A stretch of 17,360 nt of DNA from Fimbriimonadales bacterium (GCA_045862955.1 BTVI01000053.1:1-17360), one strand, 5' to 3'. Shown: positions 8,929-17,105, counted from the first letter of the stretch. Numbers and translations: made by a program. The notes: generated from the letters alone by a model not told the origin.

Positions 8929-9633
8929 GTGCTCTCTATCCGCGACCTGAACGTCTATTACGGTGCCATCCAGGCGCTGAACTCCGTTTCGCTGGACGTG
9001 TCCGAAGGCGAAATCGTGTCAATCATCGGCAGCAACGGCGCCGGCAAGAGCACGCTCCTGAGGACCATTTCCGGGCTGGTGCCCGCACGTTCCGGGTCCA
9101 TCTCGTTTCAGGGACGCAGCCTGCTCGAGTGGAGTCCCGACCGGATCGTTGGAGCCGGTATCAGCCACGCCCCCGAAGGTCGCCGCATCTTCACGAACAT
9201 GTCCACGCTAGAAAACCTGCAGATGGGCGCGTTCACCCGCAAGGACGACGGCATCGCAGAGGATATGGAGTTCGTGCTGAACACCTTCCCTCGCCTGAGG
9301 GAGAGGCTGCACCAGAACGCCGGCACACTTTCGGGTGGGGAGCAGCAGATGCTGGCCATAGGGCGCGCCCTCATGGCCCGGCCGAAGCTGATGCTCTTGG
9401 ACGAGCCCTCGCTCGGTCTCGCCCCGACGCTGGTGAAAGAAATATTCTCGATCATCGGACGGCTGAACGAACAGGGTGGCACCATTCTGCTGGTGGAGCA
9501 GAACGCGCACCGCGCTCTGGAGATCGCACACCGCGGTTACGTGCTGGAGACCGGGCGCGTGGTGCTGTCTGACACGGGCGAGAACCTGCTCGAGAGCCCG
9601 GCGGTGCGGGAAGCGTATCTCGGCGGCGGGTAG
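8929..9633 (+). CDS. livF: Branched-chain amino acid ABC transporter ATP-binding protein
   Basis: GSNGAGKST, PEGRRIF, AGTLSGGEQQMLAIGRALM, LDEPSLGLAP, VEQNA, GYVLETG, AYLG. Confidence 0.95.
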   Translation: MLSIRDLNVYYGAIQALNSVSLDVSEGEIVSIIGSNGAGKSTLLRTISGLVPARSGSISFQGRSLLEWSPDRIVGAGISHAPEGRRIFTNMSTLENLQMGAFTRKDDGIAEDMEFVLNTFPRLRERLHQNAGTLSGGEQQMLAIGRALMARPKLMLLDEPSLGLAPTLVKEIFSIIGRLNEQGGTILLVEQNAHRALEIAHRGYVLETGRVVLSDTGENLLESPAVREAYLGGG

Positions 9634-10431
9634 GTGGAGAAGTGGCTGCTTGCTCTGGCAATTGTGCTCATCGGCGGCCGCCATGCAGTGCGTTCCTTCG
9701 AGGTGGCGGCGGCCGAGGACATTCGCTCCAAGCTCCCGCAGCCTGAGGGAGTGCTCGATCTGAAGGTTAAGCCCCGCCACCTGCTCTCTTTTGCCGATGG
9801 TTCGATGGCTGAGGCAGCATTCTTCGCCGAGGGAATTCACACCGAGGGTCTGCCGCTGTTCACAGAGCCGACCTTCTCTCGGGCTGGGCACATCGAAACG
9901 CTGAGGATTCGCCTGCGAGACTCCTGTATCACCGGGCTCCGGGTACGCGACATGTGGGGGGAGGTCCCCGACTGCCGATACGATTGGAAATATGCGTTGA
10001 GCAAGAAGCGCATCCGCTTGACGGAGAGCGGCGTGGGACGCGGTCGAGTGGAGGTGTCTGCGTCTGCACTCGCGGAGTATCTGCTGGCCAAGAACCCGAT
10101 GTTGGAGTCGCTCACCATCCGCCTGCGGGACGGACGGTTCGAGGCCGAGGGGATGGCTCGCTTTCTGGCCCTGATGAACTTTCGGGTGGAAGGCGAGTTA
10201 GAGGTGGAGGACGGAAGGCGGCTGAACGTGGTGCGGGCGAGTGTGACCATCTCGGGCAGACAGATGGAGCCTGCCGCGGCGCAGGCTTTCGTGGCCCGGC
10301 TGAACCCAGTGGTGGACGAGACGGCGGACCTGAAGCTGTACGGGGCGCTGATTATCCGCAAGCTCACTCTCGCCGACGACGTGCTGATCGCCGAAGGGGA
10401 CATGCGCATACCAGTACGGCCCTCCCCCTAA
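9634..10431 (+). CDS. Exported protein, DUF2993/LmeA-like (tentative)
   Basis: Hydrophobic N-terminus; beta-rich body ending LNPVVD...LKL...IRKLTLADDVLIAEG resembles DUF2993/LmeA; starts immediately after the livF stop. Confidence 0.5.
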   Translation: MEKWLLALAIVLIGGRHAVRSFEVAAAEDIRSKLPQPEGVLDLKVKPRHLLSFADGSMAEAAFFAEGIHTEGLPLFTEPTFSRAGHIETLRIRLRDSCITGLRVRDMWGEVPDCRYDWKYALSKKRIRLTESGVGRGRVEVSASALAEYLLAKNPMLESLTIRLRDGRFEAEGMARFLALMNFRVEGELEVEDGRRLNVVRASVTISGRQMEPAAAQAFVARLNPVVDETADLKLYGALIIRKLTLADDVLIAEGDMRIPVRPSP

Positions 10432-10465
10432 TAGCTTTTTTCTTTCGGGGGTTCTGCCCGCAGAG

Positions 10466-10471
10466 TAAAAT
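10466..10471 (+). promoter_or_regulatory. -10 box of a probable leaderless transcript (DUF488 cassette)
   Basis: TAAAAT 6 nt before ATG 10478; no SD in between. Confidence 0.55.
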
Positions 10472-10477
10472 GCACCC

Positions 10478-11131
10478 ATGGACCGGACCGCGGACCCTTC
10501 TCGACCCCCGCCCTCGGACACGCTCACGATCCTGACGATCGGGCACTCCAACCACCCCATCACCCGTTTCTGTGAGCTGCTGCAGATGCACGGAGTGGCG
10601 CTATTGGTGGACGTGCGTTCTCAACCCTACTCCCGCTACGCAGGTCAGTTCAATCGCGATGCCCTGGAGGACGCCCTACAGTCGCACGGCATCGGCTACG
10701 AGTTTCTGGGCGATCGGTTGGGAGGAAGGCCGGCTGAGGCCCGGTTCTATGACGAAGCAGGACGTGTCCGATACGGCGCCATGGCGGAGAGCGAGCCTTT
10801 TCGCGAAGGGTTGGAGCGCTTGGTGAACCTGGCCGGGCAGGCGCGAACGGCCATTATGTGTGGTGAGGGCGACCCGACGGAGTGTCACCGTCGGCTGCTG
10901 GTGGGGCGCGCGTTGGAGCGCGAGGGCGTGCAGATCGTGCACATTCTGCCGGATGGAAGCACGCAGAGCGAACAGGAGTTGAAAGCCCGGGAGGCCGGCG
11001 GCCAGGCCTCGCTGTTCGAGGAGGAAGGGGAATGGTTATCCACACGATCGGTTTCACGCAGAAGTCCGCGGAGCAGTTCTTCGGCCTCCTCCGCGGAGCC
11101 GGAATCCGACGACTCGTGGATGTACGACTGA
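10478..11131 (+). CDS. DUF488 family protein (copy 1)
   Basis: TIGHSNH, LVDVRSQPYSR, LGGRP, IMCGE....CHRRLLV. Confidence 0.88.
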   Translation: MDRTADPSRPPPSDTLTILTIGHSNHPITRFCELLQMHGVALLVDVRSQPYSRYAGQFNRDALEDALQSHGIGYEFLGDRLGGRPAEARFYDEAGRVRYGAMAESEPFREGLERLVNLAGQARTAIMCGEGDPTECHRRLLVGRALEREGVQIVHILPDGSTQSEQELKAREAGGQASLFEEEGEWLSTRSVSRRSPRSSSSASSAEPESDDSWMYD

Positions 11132-11469
11132 ACAACACCTCGCAACTCGCATCGTTTGCCAAACGAGATGATCTGGCGTTCTTTCTACGCGAGCTATGTG
11201 GTGCGGAGTACCTCCACGAACCACTCCTGGCTCCCACGCAGGACATCCTGGATGCGTTCAAGAAGAACAAGGGAGACTGGGGCGAGTATGAGAGGAGCTT
11301 CCTCGCGCTAATGCGGTCGAGACGGATCGAGGAAGCGATCCCGAAGAGCCTCTTCGACCGGCCTGCGGTCCTGCTGTGCAGCGAGCACACGCCGGAGCAC
11401 TGCCACCGCAGGTTGGTGGCAGAGTATCTTGCCGAGCGCTGGGGCGGGGTCAGCATCGTACACCTGTGA
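11032..11469 (+). CDS. DUF488 family protein (copy 2, different subfamily)
   Basis: MVIHTIGFTQKSAEQFF, LVDVRLNNTSQLASFAK, LAPT, LLCSE....CHRRLVAEYL; strong RBS GAGGAGG at 11018-11024 before ATG 11032. Confidence 0.88.
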   Translation: MVIHTIGFTQKSAEQFFGLLRGAGIRRLVDVRLNNTSQLASFAKRDDLAFFLRELCGAEYLHEPLLAPTQDILDAFKKNKGDWGEYERSFLALMRSRRIEEAIPKSLFDRPAVLLCSEHTPEHCHRRLVAEYLAERWGGVSIVHL

Positions 11470-11476
11470 GTAGACC

Positions 11477-12175
11477 ATGGCGAGCCTCGATCTGTTGTGT
11501 CTGGCGAACTCGCGGAAGTATGGCAACCGGTGCATCGCGGGACTGCGAATGGACGGGGGCGGATGGGTGCGGCCCGTCAGTCGCCTCGAGGACGGGTCGC
11601 TACCGGCGCCGCAGATTAGGCTGAGCGATGGATCCGCTCCGCGCATGTTGGATGTGCTCCGAGTACCGGTTGGCCAACCGATGCCGAAACCCCATCACCC
11701 CGAAGATGTTGCTATCGAGCCGGGCACGTGGAGCCTCGTCTCCAGGCCGTGCGATTGGGACGTTATGGTCAGACTGCTACGGAAGGTACTAGTCCGTGAG
11801 CCCGTCCTGTTGGGAAGCAATTGGGATCGTATCCCATACCCGAGCGCGGGGCAGGGATTCGGTGCCTCACTCGCAGCCGTGAGTGCTACCGACCTGAAGT
11901 GGAGCATCGTGACGAGCCAGCAAGGCACTCGGCAGACGCGGGCGGTTTTCACCCTCGCCACTCAGTGCTACGACCTAGCGGTGACGGACGACGGCTGGGA
12001 AAGGCGCCTCTCTTACCTGCAACACGGACTGCATCCGCTCGCAGCGGGCGGGATTGGCGACGGCGAAAGGGTAATTTTGATCGTGAGCCTCGGCGAGCCG
12101 TTCGAGGGCTATTGCTACAAGTTGGTGGCGGGAGTGCTGGTCGTGAACCCCACAACCCGCACTGCGTGGGGGTAG
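11477..12175 (+). CDS. Dual OB-fold domain-containing protein
   Basis: N-terminal CLANSRK.G.RCIAG...WVRPV and C-terminal SLGEPF.GYCYKLVA, motifs I recognise from the dual-OB family that accompanies DUF488 genes. Confidence 0.72.
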   Translation: MASLDLLCLANSRKYGNRCIAGLRMDGGGWVRPVSRLEDGSLPAPQIRLSDGSAPRMLDVLRVPVGQPMPKPHHPEDVAIEPGTWSLVSRPCDWDVMVRLLRKVLVREPVLLGSNWDRIPYPSAGQGFGASLAAVSATDLKWSIVTSQQGTRQTRAVFTLATQCYDLAVTDDGWERRLSYLQHGLHPLAAGGIGDGERVILIVSLGEPFEGYCYKLVAGVLVVNPTTRTAWG

Positions 12176-12295
12176 ATGGGCCCGGAGCCGTGCAGGGCTA
12201 AGGGCAGGGCTGCAGAATGGGGTGCTATTCAGGGGCCGTCGGGCCTCGCCGCCGCGCGCCGCAGCTCGACGGCGCAGATAGTGAGGATGCTCAAA

Positions 12296-13369
12296 ATGGA
12301 AGTCAGACGCACGCCGCTTCATGCAGAACACCAGGCATTAGGCGCAAAGATGGTGGAGTTTGCGGGCTGGGAGATGCCCGTGCAGTATGAGGGTGTCGTA
12401 CACGAATCGCTGGCCGTGCGCCGCAAAGTGGGCATGTTCGACGTGAGCCACATGGCGCGCCTGCACTTCCGAGGTCCCGCAGCCTTCGATTATCTCGAAC
12501 ACATGACCGCGAACGACGTGAGCAAGCTGGTGGACGGGGCCTCACAGTACTCGCTGCTCTGCTACCCGGACGGCGGCTGCGTAGACGACATCATCCTCTA
12601 CCGAATCGGGCCGGAGTGGTTCCGCATGGTGGTGAACGCGGCGAACCACGCGAAGGACGTGGCGTGGCTGACCGAGCACCTGCGCGATGGGGTGACGCTG
12701 GAGGACGAGACCGAGCGAACGGCTATGATTGCCGTGCAGGGTCCAGAAGCTGTGCCCACCATCAACAGGATGGCGGGAGAAGACCTTTCGGACATGACGA
12801 AGTTTACGGCGCGGGAGTTTCGGATCGCGGGACGGCCCGTGTTCGGCGCGCGGACCGGCTACACGGGCGAGGACGGCTTCGAGCTGATCCTAGCTGCGGA
12901 GGACGGCCCGGCGGTGTGGCAGGCGCTGCTGGAGGCGGGCGTGACCCCGTGCGGGCTGGCCGCCCGCGACGTGCTGCGGCTGGAGGCCGGGCTGCCGCTG
13001 TACGGCCACGAGCTGACGAAGGACATTAATCCCATCGAGGCGGGTCTAGGCTGGGTAGTGAGCAAGACGAAGAGCTTCATCGGCAGCGAACCCATCAACG
13101 CGATGCGTTCCGCTGGCCCACCGCGCAAGGCTGTGGGCATTAGAATGGAGTCGAAGATGGTGCCGAGGGAGGGCTATCCGGTACTGAAAGATGGCGCGGA
13201 GGTCGGCTCGATGACGAGCGGGGTGTATTCGCCGTTGTTGGAAGTAGGGATCGGCTTCGCGCTGGTGAAGTCGGAGGCTGCGACGCTCAACGAGCCTTGC
13301 GAGGTGGTGGTTCGGGAAAAGCCGCACCCGGCCACGATGGTCGGAAAGCGCTTCTTACCAAAGACCTGA
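12296..13369 (+). CDS. gcvT: Glycine cleavage system aminomethyltransferase T
   Basis: RTPLH, FAGWEMPVQY, FDVSHM, AVQGP, RTGYTGEDGFE, GLAARDVLRLEAG.PLYGHE; RBS GAGGA (12283-12287) supports ATG 12296. Confidence 0.95.
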   Translation: MEVRRTPLHAEHQALGAKMVEFAGWEMPVQYEGVVHESLAVRRKVGMFDVSHMARLHFRGPAAFDYLEHMTANDVSKLVDGASQYSLLCYPDGGCVDDIILYRIGPEWFRMVVNAANHAKDVAWLTEHLRDGVTLEDETERTAMIAVQGPEAVPTINRMAGEDLSDMTKFTAREFRIAGRPVFGARTGYTGEDGFELILAAEDGPAVWQALLEAGVTPCGLAARDVLRLEAGLPLYGHELTKDINPIEAGLGWVVSKTKSFIGSEPINAMRSAGPPRKAVGIRMESKMVPREGYPVLKDGAEVGSMTSGVYSPLLEVGIGFALVKSEAATLNEPCEVVVREKPHPATMVGKRFLPKT

Positions 13370-13407
13370 TATGCCAGAATTAGGGTGCTCTTTGACGGAG
13401 GGGGACT

Positions 13408-13659
13408 ATGCCTTACATCATCTGTGAACCGTGCATCGGCGTGAAGGACAAGGCCTGCGTGCCAGTCTGCCCCGTGGATTGCATTTACGAAGACGAGACG
13501 ATGCTGTACATCAACCCGGACGAGTGCATAGACTGCGGGCTGTGTGAGCCGGAGTGCCCGGTGGACGCGATCTTCATAGACACCGACGTGCCAGCACAAT
13601 GGCAGAAGTTCATCGAGTTGAATGCTGAGAAAGGGCGGGAGCTGGCGCAGTCTAAGTGA
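13408..13659 (+). CDS. Dicluster ferredoxin (FdxA/7Fe-like)
   Basis: C-x7-C-x3-CP followed by CIDCGLCEPECP; RBS GGAGGG. Confidence 0.93.
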   Translation: MPYIICEPCIGVKDKACVPVCPVDCIYEDETMLYINPDECIDCGLCEPECPVDAIFIDTDVPAQWQKFIELNAEKGRELAQSK

Positions 13660-13678
13660 TCGGGGAAAGCGGCTCGGC

Positions 13679-14044
13679 GTGAGCAAATACGACGCCTCTC
13701 GGGGAGGCTGGGTTTCCCGCCTCGCGCTCGGCATCGTGCTGCTGTACGTGGCATTCCTAGCTTTTCGTGTGCTCAGGATTCTGTCGCCGTGGGTTGCGCT
13801 CTCGACCGGAGTGGCGTGCGGCCTGGTCGGGTTGTACCACCTCTTCGGCGTGGCACGTCTCGCGCTGAAGCACGCCACCCGTGACCCCTATAGCCTGGAT
13901 GTGCTGAAGGAGGTAGACGAGCGGCTCCGCAACCAGCCCGAGGACGTTCCTGCCGACGAGATGGAGGGTGTGTACTGCCCCTCGTGCGACGAGGTGTACG
14001 TGGACGACGTCCGCTTCTGCCCCCGGTGCGGGCGGTCCCTGTAG
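13679..14044 (+). CDS. Hypothetical two-TM protein with C-terminal zinc ribbon
   Basis: Two hydrophobic segments, then CPSC...CPRC. GTG 13679 chosen to avoid overlap with the ferredoxin; start uncertain. Confidence 0.65.
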   Translation: MSKYDASRGGWVSRLALGIVLLYVAFLAFRVLRILSPWVALSTGVACGLVGLYHLFGVARLALKHATRDPYSLDVLKEVDERLRNQPEDVPADEMEGVYCPSCDEVYVDDVRFCPRCGRSL

Positions 14045-14099
14045 CTCCGAGTTCCATTAGTCCGATTCGCCCAACGGCGGCCGGATGGGCAGGCCCTGC

Positions 14100-14108
14100 T
14101 GATAGAAT
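14100..14108 (+). promoter_or_regulatory. Extended -10 promoter candidate
   Basis: TGaTAGAAT in the intergenic region upstream of ATG 14183. Confidence 0.4.
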
Positions 14109-14182
14109 CAGCGTGTACCACGCTTCGCTGGGCCGACGAAGGTGCCCAGGCCGTATAGATAGAGAGGAGAAAGGATCGGAAC

Positions 14183-15634
14183 ATGGTGCTTCGCGTTACC
14201 TTCCTCGCTTGTGCGCTCTTGCTCTGGGTTTGCGCCGGGGCGGACAGCATCTGGGACTACCAAGAAGTTCGAGCCTCTGATGGACTGGGAATCCACCCGC
14301 TGGTGGACGCAGACCCCGAGCCTTGGAACCGCGTCACTATAGAGGGCGTGGCGTTGGCAGGGGTGGACGAGATACTCGATCCTGCATTGATGTACACCAT
14401 CTTCGTGCAGGACGACACCTCGGACCGAGGCGGCATTCAGGTATGGGCCGGCAGCTGGTGGTATGGCGGGCTCTGGAGACCCTCCGAGTACGTGGACTTC
14501 CAGGCCGGCGATCGGGTGCGGGTCACCGGCCTGCTCGCCAACCACAACGGCAAGGTGTTCATCAACGACAGGCATTCACCGGCCCCACAGACGCGCTTCG
14601 TGGTCGAGGTGCTGGGCCATGCCGGAATGCCCGATCCGTGGCTGATACCATCGATTGGGTCGTGCAACTACTTCGATGCGACGCGTGTGGGCGGTGGAGA
14701 GCGATACCAGACGCGATGGGTGATGCTGCACGGCGTCGAGATCACTGGTGGCACGTGGGGCAACAACCAGTTGCTGACGATTACCGATAGCACAGGGTCT
14801 GTCGGGATGCTTCTGGCAGGGCCCGGAGACTTCGGCTCGTACTTGCAGCCAACCGGCAAGCTGAACGTCGTCGGTATCTTCGATCAGGAAGACGCTACCC
14901 TGCCGTACTTCGACGACTACCGAGTGTGGGTGAAGCGACGAGCAGACATCGCTGCCGCCTTGGATTGGTGTAATCAGGTGCAGCAGGTTGGAGCGGGCGA
15001 ACAGGTCGCGCTCGTTGGTAAGCTCGTGGTGCAGAGCGGACCGAACGACTTTACCATCGAGGACGACACCGGACAGGTGGTGGTCGTGAGCGATCATCCC
15101 GTGGCGGCGGGCGACGTGGTAGCGGTACAGGGCTCCGTGACACCCGAGGGGATCGAGGCGCGATACGTGACCGTACTGCCAGTTCCCGATGTGGTGCTTA
15201 CCGCCAGCGTGACGCTCGATTCGTACGCACCGGGGCCTGATGGTGTGCCGGTCGACCTGTGGGTCTATGACGTTACTGCTGGTGGCGATCTGGTAGGCTC
15301 CTATCAGGTAATTCTCGATACGAATGGTCAGTTCACTCAGGACCTTGGTATCAAACGAGGCACCGGTCGGGAATACCGTGTGCGTGCGAAGTCCTCACAC
15401 TGGTTGGCAACAGACTTCTCGTTTACTGCCGGCGGCGATCAGCTTGTCACCTGGCAGTTCGTGAACGGTGATGCGGATGGAGACAACCAGATCGGTTTGG
15501 GGGACCTCAACCGCATGCTGCTGAGCTTTGCACGGACCGACGACCCGGACGCCGACGTGGACGGCGACGGATCGGTAGGACTAGGCGATCTGAATGTTGC
15601 ACTCATCAACTTCGCGAAGACGGGAGCGCCCTAG
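14183..15634 (+). CDS. Secreted protein with repeated OB-fold-like segments and a C-terminal dockerin-like (EF-hand-type) duplication
   Basis: Signal peptide MVLRVTFLACALLLWVCAGA; OB-like motifs (FVQDD...GIQVW...GDRVRVTG; ITDSTG; IEDDTG...GDVVAVQG); tail GDADGDNQIGLGDL...ADVDGDGSVGLGDL. Confidence 0.75.
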   Translation: MVLRVTFLACALLLWVCAGADSIWDYQEVRASDGLGIHPLVDADPEPWNRVTIEGVALAGVDEILDPALMYTIFVQDDTSDRGGIQVWAGSWWYGGLWRPSEYVDFQAGDRVRVTGLLANHNGKVFINDRHSPAPQTRFVVEVLGHAGMPDPWLIPSIGSCNYFDATRVGGGERYQTRWVMLHGVEITGGTWGNNQLLTITDSTGSVGMLLAGPGDFGSYLQPTGKLNVVGIFDQEDATLPYFDDYRVWVKRRADIAAALDWCNQVQQVGAGEQVALVGKLVVQSGPNDFTIEDDTGQVVVVSDHPVAAGDVVAVQGSVTPEGIEARYVTVLPVPDVVLTASVTLDSYAPGPDGVPVDLWVYDVTAGGDLVGSYQVILDTNGQFTQDLGIKRGTGREYRVRAKSSHWLATDFSFTAGGDQLVTWQFVNGDADGDNQIGLGDLNRMLLSFARTDDPDADVDGDGSVGLGDLNVALINFAKTGAP

Positions 15635-16223
15635 GGGGTTCACCCTTATAGAGCTGTTAGTGGTGGCCGCCATCCTAGCGGTTTTGGCGGCCATCCTCTT
15701 CCCTGTTCTTTCGCGTGCGCGCACCCAGGGGACGGTGGCGCGAGTTCACACTGAACTGGCACAGATCGGGCTGGCGCTGCAGATGTATTCTGATGACTGC
15801 GGGGCATTCCCTCCAGCGCGCACCTACTGCTCTGGCCTGCAGATGAAAATCGAGGACTATAACGAACTGCCTCCCGAGCTCTACCGGCAAGGTTACATCA
15901 AGCTGCGCAAGTACCTGGACCCATTCAATCCAGGGCGCGCCTACAAGTACATCGCTCCCGGGCCCGGTTTTGCCAACAACGTAAAGACCATTTTGCCCAT
16001 TTGGGTGCCGGAAGACTATCCGACAAGCACGAAACCCTGCGTTCCGTACTACGACCAGAAGACCGCGCCGCTGAAGTGGGCCGTGTGGTCGGTCGGCCCA
16101 ACCGGCGGGGTGGACATGTTCACCTCCGAGCAGCGCCAGCTACCGGTGCCCAAGTGGTGGTGGTTCCCCTATCGGTGGGATGGCGTGATCGTTCGCCTTT
16201 CCGACGGACGGAAGTCGCCCTAG
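15594..16223 (+). CDS. Prepilin-type N-terminal cleavage/methylation domain protein (GspG-like)
   Basis: Basic leader RRRERPRG|FTLIELLVV with Glu5, hydrophobic helix, LAQIGLALQMY..D, DPF, WSVGP. Confidence 0.85.
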   Translation: MLHSSTSRRRERPRGFTLIELLVVAAILAVLAAILFPVLSRARTQGTVARVHTELAQIGLALQMYSDDCGAFPPARTYCSGLQMKIEDYNELPPELYRQGYIKLRKYLDPFNPGRAYKYIAPGPGFANNVKTILPIWVPEDYPTSTKPCVPYYDQKTAPLKWAVWSVGPTGGVDMFTSEQRQLPVPKWWWFPYRWDGVIVRLSDGRKSP

Positions 16224-16244
16224 CGGTATCTCCGCTGTGTGATA

Positions 16245-16373
16245 TCCCTCGCCACTCGCAGAGGGTAGGGGTGGTTGCGTGCCTTTAGTCTTACGGCGGA
16301 TGGAGGCACGTGTGTGGTATGCATGACCCCCACCCCAACCCTCCCCCTTCCGCTTCGCTCCAAGGGGAGGGAG
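16245..16373. repeat. Inverted pair of C-rich/G-rich REP-like palindromes
   Basis: GAGGGTAGGGGTGG (16261-16274) is 13/14 complementary to CCACCCCAACCCTC (16330-16343), which leads into a CCCTCCCCCTT...AAGGGGAGGG hairpin. Confidence 0.6.
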
Positions 16374-16425
16374 CCGCGACCGGCTCAGCCCCTAGGGTAG
16401 CTGCGATCATTCATAACCTCGCTAG
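16293..16425. repeat. 133-bp direct repeat, copy 1
   Basis: Identical to 16973-17105 (680-bp period). Confidence 0.95.
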
Positions 16426-16434
16426 CGAACCTGT

Positions 16435-16825
16435 CGTCATGCTGCACCCAGCGTCATCCCAAACCTTGCGTCATGCTGAACCTGGCCTCATCCCAGATCT
16501 TGCGTCATGCTGCACCCTGCGTCATCCCAAACCTAGCGCCACGCTGACCCTGACGTAATGCTGCACCTGGCGTCTTCCCAAACCTTGCGTCATGCTGACC
16601 CCGACGTCACGCCCAATCCGACGCCACGCTGAGCCTGAGGTCGTGCTGCCCCCAGCGTCATCCCGATCCTGACGTCATGCGACACCCAGCGTCATCCCAA
16701 ACCTTGCGTCATCCTGGACCTGTCGCCATCCCAAACCCTGCGTCATCCTGGACCTGTCGCCATCCCAACCCTTGCGTCATCCTGGACCTGTCGCCATCCC
16801 ACACCTGGCGACAGGCTGAGCATGG
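16435..16825 (+). repeat. Tandem array of 23 degenerate 17-bp units
   Basis: Units such as CGTCATGCTGCACCCAG, CGTCATCCCAAACCTTG and CGTCATCCTGGACCTGT; exact 17-bp phase with no indels. Confidence 0.95.
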
Positions 16826-16915
16826 CGAAGCAGGACCCCAACGGCCGCACGTCTTCGAACCCACTAGGTGGCTCTGGCACTCACACATGCATGCTTCGAC
16901 AGGCTCAGCATGACG
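16809..16915. repeat. CGTC-type REP-like inverted repeat
   Basis: 16892-16915 TGCTTCGACAGGCTCAGCATGACG (reverse complement CGTCATGCTGAGCCTGTCGAAGCA) matches 16809-16832 at 20/24. Confidence 0.8.
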
Positions 16916-16972
16916 GCGCCAGTGACCCATCCTCTCGGCGAGGGGGAGGAGTACGTACGTGCCACCCATCCC

Positions 16973-17105
16973 ACGGCGGATGGAGGCACGTGTGTGGTAT
17001 GCATGACCCCCACCCCAACCCTCCCCCTTCCGCTTCGCTCCAAGGGGAGGGAGCCGCGACCGGCTCAGCCCCTAGGGTAGCTGCGATCATTCATAACCTC
17101 GCTAG
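16973..17105. repeat. 133-bp direct repeat, copy 2
   Basis: Identical to 16293-16425. Confidence 0.95.

Noticed and set aside
10432..12240. Mobile element boundaries around the DUF488 cassette
   Set aside because: I see no integrase or transposase, terminal inverted repeats or target-site duplication.
12176..12295. Glycine riboswitch or N-terminal extension of gcvT
   Set aside because: No glycine-aptamer motifs are recognisable, the space is only ~120 nt, and the RBS supports ATG 12296.
39..15890. Numerous antisense and alternate-frame ORFs (e.g. 3063-3629, 9208-9891, 13174-13878)
   Set aside because: Shadow ORFs of a GC-rich genome that overlap well-supported genes and lack motifs.
16222..16240. 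Intrinsic terminator after the pilin-like gene (AGCGG/CCGCT)
   Set aside because: Only a 5-bp stem with no U-tract.
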